Positions 47,985 to 59,852 of a stretch of 64,000 nucleotides of DNA are shown in pieces. This DNA comes from Macrostomum lignano. Lineage: Eukaryota. A program made the translations under genes and the position numbers. The stretch covers positions 360,324 to 424,323 of the forward strand of contig NIVC01000867.1 in NCBI GenBank assembly GCA_002269645.1, in the 5' to 3' direction. The notes under the pieces are model-generated. The model saw nothing but the letters and a program-made list of their open reading frames with translations. It was not told the DNA's origin and searched no databases. How positions within the stretch are numbered: position 1 is the stretch's first letter; each line of letters opens with the position of its first letter.

Positions 47985-50900
47985 AATGGGAAATCCAGTA
48001 AGAACAATCAGAAATTGCCAAGCTGTATTAGTAGACTCAAATATGAAATTCTACAGATCATTAGAGCGTGTCAGTCCCTGTCTTCCCCAGAAAGAATCGT
48101 GTCTCTAGCTTAATCTGCTTTCCAGATATCCACTCAAAAACGGCGATTCCAGAAAATTGCAATGCATTCAAATGGTTAAATTCGCGAAAATCAATCAGCA
48201 ATTGCCAAGCTGTATTAGAAGACTCAGATATGAGATTCTACAGATCATTAGAGCGTGTCAGTCCCTGTCTTCCCTAGAAAGAATCGTGTCTCTAGCTTAA
48301 TCTGCTTTCCAGATATTCGAAGGCGGAGATTCCGGAAAATTTCTATGTATTTAAATAAGGGAAATCCAGGAAAATCAATCACAAATTGCCAAGCTGTATT
48401 AGAAGACTCAGATATGAGATTCTACAGATCATTAGAGCGTGTCAGTCCCTATCTTCCCTAGAAAGAATCGTGTCTCTAGCTTAATCTGCCTTCCAGATAT
48501 TCATTCAAAAATGGCGATTCCAGAAAATTGCAATGCATTCAAATGGTGAAATTCGCGAAAATCAATCAGCAATTGCCAAGCTGTATTAGAAGACTCAGAT
48601 ATGAGATTCTACAGATCATTAGAGCGTGTCAGTCCCTATCTTCCCTAGAAAGAATCATGTCTCTAGCTTAATCTGCTTTCCAGATATTCGAAGGCGGAGA
48701 TTCCGGAAAATTTCTGTATTTAAATAAGGGAAATCCAGGAAAATCAATCACAAATTGCCAAGCTGTATTAGAAGACTCAGATATGAGATTCTACAGATCA
48801 TTAGAGCGTGTCAGTCCCTGTCTTCCCCAGAAAGAATCGTGTCTCTAGCTTAATCTGCCTTCCAGATATTCATTCAAAAACGGCGATTCCAGAAAATTGC
48901 AATGCATTCAAATGGTGAAATTCGCGAAAATCAATCAGCAATTGCCAAGCTGTATTAGAAGACTCAGATATGAGATTCTACAGATCATTAGAGCGTGTCA
49001 GTCCCTGTCTTCCCTAGAAAGAATCGTGTCTCTAGCTTAATCTGCTTTCCAGATATTCGAAGGCGGAGATTCCGGAAAATTTCTATGTATTTAAATAAGG
49101 GAAATCCAGGAAAATCAATCACAAATTGCCAAGCTGTATTAGAAGACTCAAATATGAGATTCTACAGATCATTAGAGCGTGTCAGTCCCTGTCTTCCCCA
49201 GAAAGAATCGTGTCTCTAGCTTAATCTGCTTTCCAGATATTCATTCAAAAACGGCGATTCCAGAAAATTGCAATGCATTCAAATGGTGAAATTCGCGAAA
49301 ATCAATCAGCAATTGCTAAGCTGTATTAGAAGACTCAGATATGAGATTCTACAGATCATTAGAGCGTGTCAGTCCCTGTCTTCCCTAGAAAGAATCGTGT
49401 CTCTAGCTTAATCTGCTTTCCAGATATTCGAAGGCGGAGATTCCGGAAAATTTCTATGTATTTAAATAAGGGAAATCCAGGAAAATCAATCACAAATTGC
49501 CAAGCTGTATTAGAAGACTCAGATATGAGATTCTACAGATCATTAGAGCGTGTCAGTCCCTGTCTTCCCTAGAAAGAATCGTGTCTCTAGCTTAATCTGC
49601 TTTCCAGATATTCGAAGGCGGAGATTCCGGAAAATTTCTATCTATTTAAATAAGGGAAATCCAGGAAAATCAATCACAAATTGCCAAGCTGTATTAGAAG
49701 ACTCAGATATGAGATTCTACAGATCATTAGAGCGTGTCAGTCCCTGTCTTCCCCAGAAAGAATCGTGTCTCTAGCTTAATCTGCCTTCCAGATATTCATT
49801 CAAAAATGGCGATTCCAGAAAATTGCAATGCATTCAAATAGTGAAATTCGCGAAAATCAATCAGCAATTGCCAAGCTGTATTAGAAGACTCAGATATGAG
49901 ATTCTACAGATCATTAGAGCGTGTCAGTCCCTATCTTCCCTAGAAAGAATCATGTCTCTAGCTTAATCTGCTTTCCAGATATTCGAAGGCGGAGATTCCG
50001 GAAAATTTCTATGTATTTAAATAAGGGAAATCCAGGAAAATCAATCACAAATTGCCAAGCTGTATTAGAAGACTCAGATATGAGATTCTACAGATCATTA
50101 GAGCGTGTCAGTCCCTGTCTTCCCCAGAAAGAATCGTGTCTCTAGCTTAATCTGCCTTCCAGATATTCATTCAAAAACGGCGATTCCAGAAAATTGCAAT
50201 GCATTCAAATGGTGAAATTCGCGAAAATCAATCAGCAATTGCCAAGCTGTATTAGAAGACTCAGATATGAGATTCTACAGATCATTAGAGCGTGTCAGTC
50301 CCTATCTTCCCTAGAAAGAATCATGTCTCTAGCTTAATCTGCTTTCCAGATATTCGAAGGCGGAGATTCCGGAAAATTTCTATGTATTTAAATAAGGGAA
50401 ATCCAGGAAAATCAATCAGCAATTGCCAAGCTGTATTAGAAGACTCAAATATGAGATTCTACAGATCATTAGAGCGTGTCAGTCCCTATCTTCCCTAGAA
50501 AGAATCATGTCTCTAGCTTAATCTGCTTTCCAGATATTCGAAGGCGGAGATTCCGGAAAATTTCTATGTATTTAAATAAGGGAAATCCAGGAAAATCAAT
50601 CACAAATTGCCAAGCTGTATTAGAAGACTCAGATATGAGATTCTACAGATCATTAGAGCGTGTCAGTCCCTGTCTTCCCCAGAAAGAATCGTGTCTCTAG
50701 CTTAATCTACTTTCCAGATATTCACTCAAAAACGGCGATTCCAGAAAATTGCAATGCATTCAAATGGTGAAATTCGCGAAAATCAATCAGCAATTGCCAA
50801 GCTGTATTAGAAGACTCAAATATGAGATTCTACAGATCATTAGAGCGTGTCAGTCCCTATCTTCCCTAGAAAGAATCGTGTCTCTAGCTTAATCTGCTTT

Positions 50901-51022
50901 CTAGATATTCCAAGGCGGCGATTCCGGAAAATTTTCTATGCATTAAAATACGGGAAATCCAGGATAATCAATCAGCAATTGCCAAGCTGTTTTACTAGAG
51001 TCAAATATGAAATTCTACAGAT
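47985..51022. repeat. 185-bp satellite array 1 (~16 monomers, A/B variants)
   Basis: Core GAGCGTGTCAGTCC recurs every 184-187 bp. Variant order read as ABABABABBABABBA plus a divergent terminal monomer. Confidence 0.95.
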
Positions 51023-53724
51023 GACACCGACTGATACGCTCTAGTGATCTGTGGAGTTTCATGTTTGGGTCTACTAATACAGCTTCCTTGACCAGGAGAA
51101 AGCAGTTTCCTGGACCCAGGGGACCAGGCACAGGAAAAGCAATGCTGAGTTTGCTAAAGACAGGGGGCCAAATGCAGATGCTTCACAGATCGCAGACCCA
51201 CATCTGGCCGCTCTGGAGACAACCGAACCTCTTTGTTCTTATTCTTCGAGTCACAGACCAAATCTCGAGGCTTGCCGGGACGAAAAATCAACACAGAAGG
51301 TTCTTCCCCCCGATATGTATGACTGAGGCCGCAAAAAGTATAGCATTGGTCCAACAGAGCCGTATCTGTTGGACATATGCTCTGTCCAAGAAAGAGACCC
51401 GCTCTGTATCGATCGAGCGGTGAGATAAACCATTTTTATGGTCCTAGAGGCTTTTTTACTTCACTTTACCTGTCTATATTGTATATGTTTGGAAATGGGC
51501 ATGAGGATACCCACGGCATTCGGAACCCTTTATCTCTTTTGCTTCTTCCATTTAGAAGCAAAAATCTAATTTATTAGCCTCTCGAGCTTCTCCTTCCGAC
51601 ATCTTTTTTGCCACGCCACCAGGTTCCTACTGTCTCGTCCGATACTCCCCCGATAAGAAAAAAGTTTTTTTTCCAGCCTCTTTGTTTGATCCAGGCACGA
51701 TCCATGGACTCCTAGATTCTACTGGACTGAAAGCGAAATTGCCGCCTGTACAAGATGAGGGCATTCTTTCTTCCCCCAGCCAGTCCGTTCCTCAGCCACC
51801 AAAAGAATCAATCATGGAAAATAAGTTTTGAGCGCAAGACAGAATCTCATTTATTGATGACATGCCAATGCCAATAACTACTATTTCAGAATTCGGCACT
51901 GTTTATTTATGCAGGATTGGCAATTTAAAATAATCAGCAAACAGTTGGTGAAAAAATGCAGATAAATAACGTTTTAGAGTCACTAAATTATAGTGCAATC
52001 GAGGAGAAAAGGCAACAGTTATCCTTATTCAAACCACTTGTCAATGTACAACCCCACAGTCTGTGTCACTGTCTTTTCATGCACTTGCTCACTTTGGCTT
52101 CAGGCTGGAACGCGATATGTACGCGTTTGCTTGTTTGGGATGCCGTGAGGGAAAGAGTGTTGCGGAGAAGGGCCCCCACTCCTCTCTTCCTCAGAAAGGA
52201 ACTTTGCCCCATGTTGTACAGAAAAAAATAATGTATTTTCCGTTTCCTGTCCGGGTGCTTATATATAGTCGTCCATGCATGATCAGGGTTCTCAGACCAT
52301 GAATAGAATGGGTTTCCACGATTTTTGTTAGCTATGCAGCTAAACAGATATAAATCTTGGTTTTGATACATTAGGAAGGCCTTCAACAAAGCAGAACCAA
52401 GAAAGCAAGGCAGAACAAAAAACGGACTTATAGCTAGCGTTCTCGAGGTTTCAGTCTCTTTGTGTATCGATGATGCCAGTTCACAGTCGCATAAGCTAGT
52501 AGTTTTTTCGGCAAATGCATTCGGGGCGGAGTCGAGAAATCAAAGCAGCTGATTGATGATTCCAAAACAGCTGTGGGAAACGATATACGTTTCAATTAAT
52601 ACCAATATACAATCTAGAAATCTTGACATAAACTTTAGGCTATATACGAGTCGAGCTAATAACAAATCCGTTTGAATCTAATCACTGTCGCCCGTTAGAG
52701 GCACAACGCAGAAACGAATTTCTGCTTCAGTTGCTTCGGTTCGGTATCCCGATTTTTTAAGGCCAAATCCATGCAAATCGTGGCACACCACTCTTAAGGG
52801 GAAGAGGGGAGAAGCAGAGCTAGGAAATCTTTGTTTGGTTTGCTTTGTTCTTTCGTATAGAGCTTTGGTATATATTGGCTTAATTATATACATGTATACC
52901 GTATCACAAGTTACGAAAAATAAATGGTATCAGATATTTCAAACAGACTCAGAATAACAAGCAGTTGCATTCGCCGTTTCTTAACATCTGTACAAAAACT
53001 GCGAAAGCATAAGCGCCCTTCAAAAATCTCGAAGTCGAAAGCTGATTGAGATAGAGACATTCTTTTTGTGGGTGACACCGACTGGCACGCTCTAATAATC
53101 GGTTAGAATCTCATATCTGAGTCTCCATTAAAGTTATCTATGTCCTAACATGTATATACTAAAAACTATAATCTGACAATAATAAAGCAACACAAGTATT
53201 AGGTTCCTCATTTTCAAATATAGGTACATGTATATTGATTGCAAGGAATTGAAAGCAAGACTCAGTTTATTTTACCAGCTAATTCTTACAAAAATGCTCA
53301 CACAGGATGAATACCCAGTGGTGCACTGGCGCCCGGTCCAACAGATGGCGCTGGGCGCCAGAACATCGAAATTTCGACGCCGAGTTTTTCACAATTTTCA
53401 CTGTACTACTTACTATCGAGAGGGCGCAGAGTGGGGGGCACTGTGTAAAAAAACACGCTTTTCATAAGTCTAGGGTCTATTATTAGTAATTTTATGTTCC
53501 TGGATCTCCATTTTTATTTGTTGAACAATTTTCAAGTCTATAACCTCATTTCAAGAAATAATACGCTCGTATGTTATCAAAATCATTCTCGGCAAAAAAG
53601 TAGCTTTTTCAGAATCTTTCAGCCAAGAATTTTTCAATAAATGCTACTGAAAGTAGGTAACTACGAAATGAAACTTTGATGATTTTTTAAATTTCTGCTT
53701 TATGAGTGTCGTCATCAATTCTTA

Positions 53725-56700
53725 AATGGGAAATCCAGTAAGAACAATCAGAAATTGCCAAGCTGTATTAGTAGACTCAAATATGAAATTCTACAGATCA
53801 TTAGAGCGTGTCAGTCCCTGTCTTCCCCAGAAAGAATCGTGTCTCTAGCTTAATCTGCTTTCCAGATATCCACTCAAAAACGGCGATTCCAGAAAATTGC
53901 AATGCATTCAAATGGTTAAATTCGCGAAAATCAATCAGCAATTGCCAAGCTGTATTAGAAGACTCAGATATGAGATTCTACAGATCATTAGAGCGTGTCA
54001 GTCCCTGTCTTCCCTAGAAAGAATCGTGTCTCTAGCTTAATCTGCTTTCCAGATATTCGAAGGCGGAGATTCCGGAAAATTTCTGTATTTAAATAAGGGA
54101 AATCCAGGAAAATCAATCACAAATTGCCAAGCTGTATTAGAAGACTTAGATATGAGATTCTACAGATCATTAGAGCGTGTCAGTCCCTATCTTCCCTAGA
54201 AAGAATCATGTCTCTAGCTTAATCTGCTTTCCAGATATTCGAAGGCGGAGATTCCGGAAAATTTCTATGTATTTAAATAAGGGAAATCCAGGAAAATCAA
54301 TCACAAATTGCCAAGCTGTATTAGAAGACTCAGATATGAGATTCTACAGATCATTAGAGCGTGTCAGTCCCTGTCTTCCCCAGAAAGAATCGTGTCTCTA
54401 GCTTAATCTGCTTTCCAGATATTCATTCAAAAATGGCGATTCCAGAAAATTGCAATGCATTCAAATGGTGAAATTCGCGAAAATCAATCACAAATTGCCA
54501 AGCTGTATTAGAAGACTCAGATATGAGATTCTACAGATCATTAGAGCGTGTCAGTCCCTATCTTCCCCAGAAAGAATCGTGTCTCTAGCTTAATCTGCTT
54601 TCCAGATATTCGAAGGCGGAGATTCCGGAAAATTTCTATGTATTTAAATAAGGGAAATCCAGGAAAATCAATCACAAATTGCCAAGCTGTATTAGAAGAC
54701 TCAGATATGAGATTCTACAGATCATTAGAGCGTGTCAGTCCCTGTCTTCCCCAGAAAGAATCGTGTCTCTAGCTTAATCTGCTTTCCAGATATTCACTCA
54801 AAAACGGCGATTCCAGAAAATTGCAATGCATTCAAATGGTGAAATTCGCGAAAATCAATCAGCAATTGCCAAGCTGTATTAGAAGACTCAGATATGAGAT
54901 TCTACAGATCATTAGAGCGTGTCAGTCCCTGTCTTCCCCAGAAAGAATCGTGTCTCTAGCTTAATCTGCTTTCCAGATATTCAAAACGGCGATTCCAGAA
55001 AATTGCAATGCATTCAAATGGTTAAATCCGAAAATCAATCAGCAATTGCCAAGCTGTATTAGAAGACTCAGATATGAGATTCTACAGATCATTAGAGCGT
55101 GTCAGTCCCTGTCTTCCCTAGAAAGAATCGTGTCTCTAGCTTAATCTGCTTTCCAGATATTCGAAGGCGGAGATTCCGGAAAATTTCTATGTATTTAAAT
55201 AAGGGAAATCCAGGAAAATCAATCAGCAAATTGCCAAGCTGTATTAGAAGACTCAGATATGAGATTCTACAGATCATTAGAGCGTGTCAGTCCCTATCTT
55301 CCCTAGAAAGAATCGTGTCTCTAGCTTAATCTGCTTCCAGATATTCATTCAAAAATGGCGATTCCAGAAAATTGCAATGCATTCAAATGGTGAAATTCGC
55401 GAAAATCAATCAGCAATTGCCAAGCTGTATTAGAAGACTCAGATATGAGATTCTACAGATCATTAGAGCGTGTCAGTCCCTATCTTCCCTAGAAAGAATC
55501 GTGTCTCTAGCTTAATCTGCTTTCCAGATATTCGAAGGCGGAGATTCCGGAAAATTTCTGTATTTAAATAAGGGAAATCCAGGAAAATCAATCAGCAATT
55601 GCCAAGCTGTATTAGAAGACTCAGATATGAGATTCTACAGATCATTAGAGCGTGTCAGTCCCTGTCTTCCCCAGAAAGAATCGTGTCTCTAGCTTAATCT
55701 GCTTTCCAGATATTCATTCAAAAGGCGATTCCAGAAAATTGCAATGCATTCAAATGGTGAAATTCGCGAAAATCAATCAGCAATTGCCAAGCTGTATTAG
55801 AAGACTCAGATATGAGATTCTACAGATCATTAGAGCGTGTCAGTCCCTGTCTTCCCTAGAAAGAATCGTGTCTCTAGCTTAATCTGCTTTCCAGATATTC
55901 GAAGGCGGAGATTCCGGAAAATTTCTATGTATTTAAATAAGGGAAATCCAGGAAAATCAATCACAAATTGCCAAGCTGTATTAGAAGACTCAGATATGAG
56001 ATTCTACAGATCATTAGAGCGTGTCAGTCCCTGTCTTCCCCAGAAAGAATCGTGTCTCTAGCTTAATCTGCTTTCCAGATATTCATTCAAAAACGGCGAT
56101 TCCAGAAAATTGCAATGCATTCAAATGGTGAAATTCGCGAAAATCAATCAGCAATTGCCAAGCTGTATTAGAAGACTCAGATATGAGATTCTACAGATCA
56201 TTAGAGCGTGTCAGTCCCTGTCTTCCCTAGAAAGAATCGTGTCTCTAGCTTAATCTGCTTTCCAGATATTCGAAGGCGGAGATTCCGGAAAATTTCTATG
56301 TATTTAAATAAGGGAAATCCAGGAAAATCAATCACAATTGCCAAGCTGTATTAGAAGACTCAGATATGAGATTCTACAGATCATTAGAGCGTGTCAGTCC
56401 CTGTCTTTCCAGAAAGAATCGTGTCTCTAGCTTAATCTGCTTTCCAGATATTCATTCAAAAATGGCGATTCCAGAAAATTGCAATGCATTCAAATGGTGA
56501 AATTCGCGAAAATCAATCAGCAAATTGCCAAGCTGTATTAGAAGACTCAGATATGAGATTCTACAGATCATTAGAGCGTGTCAGTCCCTGTCTTCCCCAG
56601 AAAGAATCGTGTCTCTAGCTTAATCTGCTTTCCAGATATTCGAAGGCGGAGATTCCGGAAAATTTCTAATGTATTTAAATAAGGGAAATCCAGGAAAATC

Positions 56701-59700
56701 AATCAGCAATTGCCAAGCTGTATTAGAAGACTCAGATATGAGATTCTACAGATCATTAGAGCGTGTCAGTCCCTGTCTTCCCCAGAAAGAATCGTGTCTC
56801 TAGCTTAATCTGCTTTCCAGATATTCAAAAAGGCGATTCCAGAAAATTGCAATGCATTCAAATGGTGAAATTCGCGAAAATCAATCAGCAATTGCCAAGC
56901 TGTATTAGAAGACTCAGATATGAGATTCTACAGATCATTAGAGCGTGTCAGTCCCTGTCTTCCCCAGAAAGAATCGTGTCTCTAGCTTAATCTGCTTTCC
57001 AGATATCATTCAAAAGGCGATTCCAGAAAATTGCAATGCATTCAAATGGTGAAATTCGCGAAAATCAATCAGCAATTGCCAAGCTGTATTAGAAGACTCA
57101 GATATGAGATTCTACAGATCATTAGAGCGTGTCAGTCCCTGTCTTCCCTAGAAAGAATCGTGTCTCTAGCTTAATCTGCTTTCCAGATATTCGAAGGCGG
57201 AGATTCCGGAAAATTTCTATGTATTTAAATGGGAAATCCAGGAAAATCAATCAGCAATTGCCAAGCTGTATTAGAAGACTCAGATATGAGATTCTACAGA
57301 TCATTAGAGCGTGTCAGTCCCTATCTTCCCTAGAAAGAATCGTGTCTCTAGCTTAATCTGCTTTCCAGATATTCATTCAAGGCGATTCCAGAAAATTGCA
57401 ATGCATTCAAATGGGAAATCGCGAAAATCAATCAGCAATTGCCAAGCTGTATTAGAAGACTCAGATATGAGATTCTACAGATCATTAGAGCGTGTCAGTC
57501 CCTATCTTCCCTAGAAAGAATCGTGTCTCTAGCTTAATCTGCTTTCCAGATATTCGAAGGCGATTCCGAAAATTGCTGTATTTAAATGGGAAATCCAGAA
57601 AATCAATCAGCAATTGCCAAGCTGTATTAGAAGACTCAGATATGAGATTCTACAGATCATTAGAGCGTGTCAGTCCCTGTCTTCCCCAGAAAGAATCGTG
57701 TCTCTAGCTTAATCTGCTTTCCAGATATTCATTCAAGGCGATTCCAGAAAATTGCAATGCATTTAAATGGTGAAATTCGCGAAAATCAATCAGCAATTGC
57801 CAAGTTGTATTAGAAGACTCAGATATGAGATTCTACAGATCATTAGAGCGTGTCAGTCCCTGTCTTCCCAGAAAGAATCGTGTCTCTAGCTTAATCTGCT
57901 TTCCAGATATTCGAAGGCGGAGATTCCGGAAAATTTCTATGTATTTAAATAAGGGAAATCCAGGAAAATCAATCACAATTGCCAAGCTGTATTAGAAGAC
58001 TCAGATATGAGATTCTACAGATCATTAGAGCGTGTCAGTCCCTGTCTTCCCAGAAAGAATCGTGTCTCTAGCTTAATCTGCTTTCCAGATATTCATTCAA
58101 GGCGATTCCGAAAATTGCATGCATTCAAATGGGAAATCCGAAAATCAATCAGCAATTGCCAAGCTGTATTAGAAGACTCAGATATGAGATTCTACAGATC
58201 ATTAGAGCGTGTCAGTCCCTGTCTTCCCCAGAAAGAATCGTGTCTCTAGCTTAATCTGCTTTCCAGATATTCGAAGGCGATTCCGGAAAATTTCTATGTA
58301 TTCAAATGGGAAATCAGGAAAATCAATCACAATTGCCAAGCTGTATTAGAAGACTCAGATATGAGATTCTACAGATCATTAGAGCGTGTCAGTCCCTGTC
58401 TTCCCTAGAAAGAATCGTGTCTCTAGCTTAATCTGCTTTCCAGATATTCGAAGGCGGAGATTCCGGAAAATTTCTATGTATTTAAATAAGGGAAATCCAG
58501 GAAAATCAATCACAAATTGCCAAGCTGTATTAGAAGACTCAGATATGAGATTCTACAGATCATTAGAGCGTGTCAGTCCCTGTCTTCCCCAGAAAGAATC
58601 GTGTCTCTAGCTTAATCTGCTTTCCAGATATTCATTCAAAAATGGCGATTCCAGAAAATTGCAATGCATTTAAATGGAAATCGCGAAAATCAATCAGCAA
58701 TTGCCAAGCTGTATTAGAAGACTCAGATATGAGATTCTACAGATCATTAGAGCGTGTCAGTCCCTATCTTCCCAGAAAGAATCGTGTCTCTAGCTTAATC
58801 TGCTTTCCAGATATTCGAAGGCGGAGATTCCGGAAAATTTCTATGTATTTAAATAAGGGAAATCCAGGAAAATCAATCAGCAAATTGCCAAGCTGTATTA
58901 GAAGACTCAGATATGAGATTCTACAGATCATTAGAGCGTGTCAGTCCCTGTCTTCCCCAGAAAGAATCGTGTCTCTAGCTTAATCTGCCTTCCAGATATT
59001 CATTCAAAAACGGCGATTCCAGAAAATTGCAATGCATTCAAATGGTGAAATTCGCGAAAATCAATCAGCAATTGCCAAGCTGTATTAGAAGACTCAGATA
59101 TGAGATTCTACAGATCATTAGAGCGTGTCAGTCCCTGTCTTCCCTAGAAAGAATCATATCTCTAGCTTAATCTGCTTTCCAGATATTCGAAGGCGGAGAT
59201 TCCGGAAAATTTCTATGTATTTAAATAAGGGAAATCCAGGAAAATCAATCAGCAATTGCCAAGCTGTATTAGAAGACTCAATATGAGATTCTACAGATCA
59301 TTAGAGCGTGTCAGTCCCTGTCTTCCCTAGAAAGAATCATGTCTCTAGCTTAATCTGCTTTCCAGATATTCGAAGGCGGAGATTCCGGAAAATTTCTATG
59401 TATTTAAATAAGGGAAATCCAGGAAAATCAATCACAAATTGCCAAGCTGTATTAGAAGACTCAGATATGAGATTCTACAGATCATTAGAGCGTGTCAGTC
59501 CCTGTCTTCCCCAGAAAGAATCGTGTCTCTAGCTTAATCTGCTTTCCAGATATTCATCAAAAACGGCGATTCCAGAAAATTGCAATGCATTCAAATGGTG
59601 AAATTCGCGAAAATCAATCAGCAATTGCCAAGCTGTATTAGAAGACTCAATATGAGATTCTACAGATCATTAGAGCGTGTCAGTCCCTATCTTCCCTAGA

Positions 59701-59852
59701 AAGAATCGTGTCTCTAGCTTAATCTGCTTTCTAGATATTCCAAGGCGGCGATTCCGGAAAATTTTCTATGCATTAAAATACGGGAAATCCAGGATAATCA
59801 ATCAGCAATTGCCAAGCTGTTTTACTAGAGTCAAATATGAAATTCTACAGAT
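53725..59852. repeat. 185-bp satellite array 2 (~33 monomers)
   Basis: Same monomers and same divergent first and last monomers as array 1; longer interior. Confidence 0.95.

Noticed and set aside
47574-51085. Hammerhead/HDV ribozyme in the monomer or head (retrozyme-like satellite)
   Set aside because: No CTGANGA...GAAA core with flanking stems on either strand (only CTGATTGA without a valid stem II-GAAA). The head stem lacks the HDV P3/L3 elements. An Infernal scan would be definitive.
51090-53313. Tandem snRNA, spliced-leader, 5S or histone gene cluster as the repeated unit
   Set aside because: I found no recognisable U1/U2/U4/U5/U6, SL, 5S or histone sequence in the spacer.
47985-59852. 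CRISPR-like array (conserved repeat plus variable spacer)
   Set aside because: The variable segments are only two homologous variants, not unique spacers. The context is eukaryotic and there are no cas genes.
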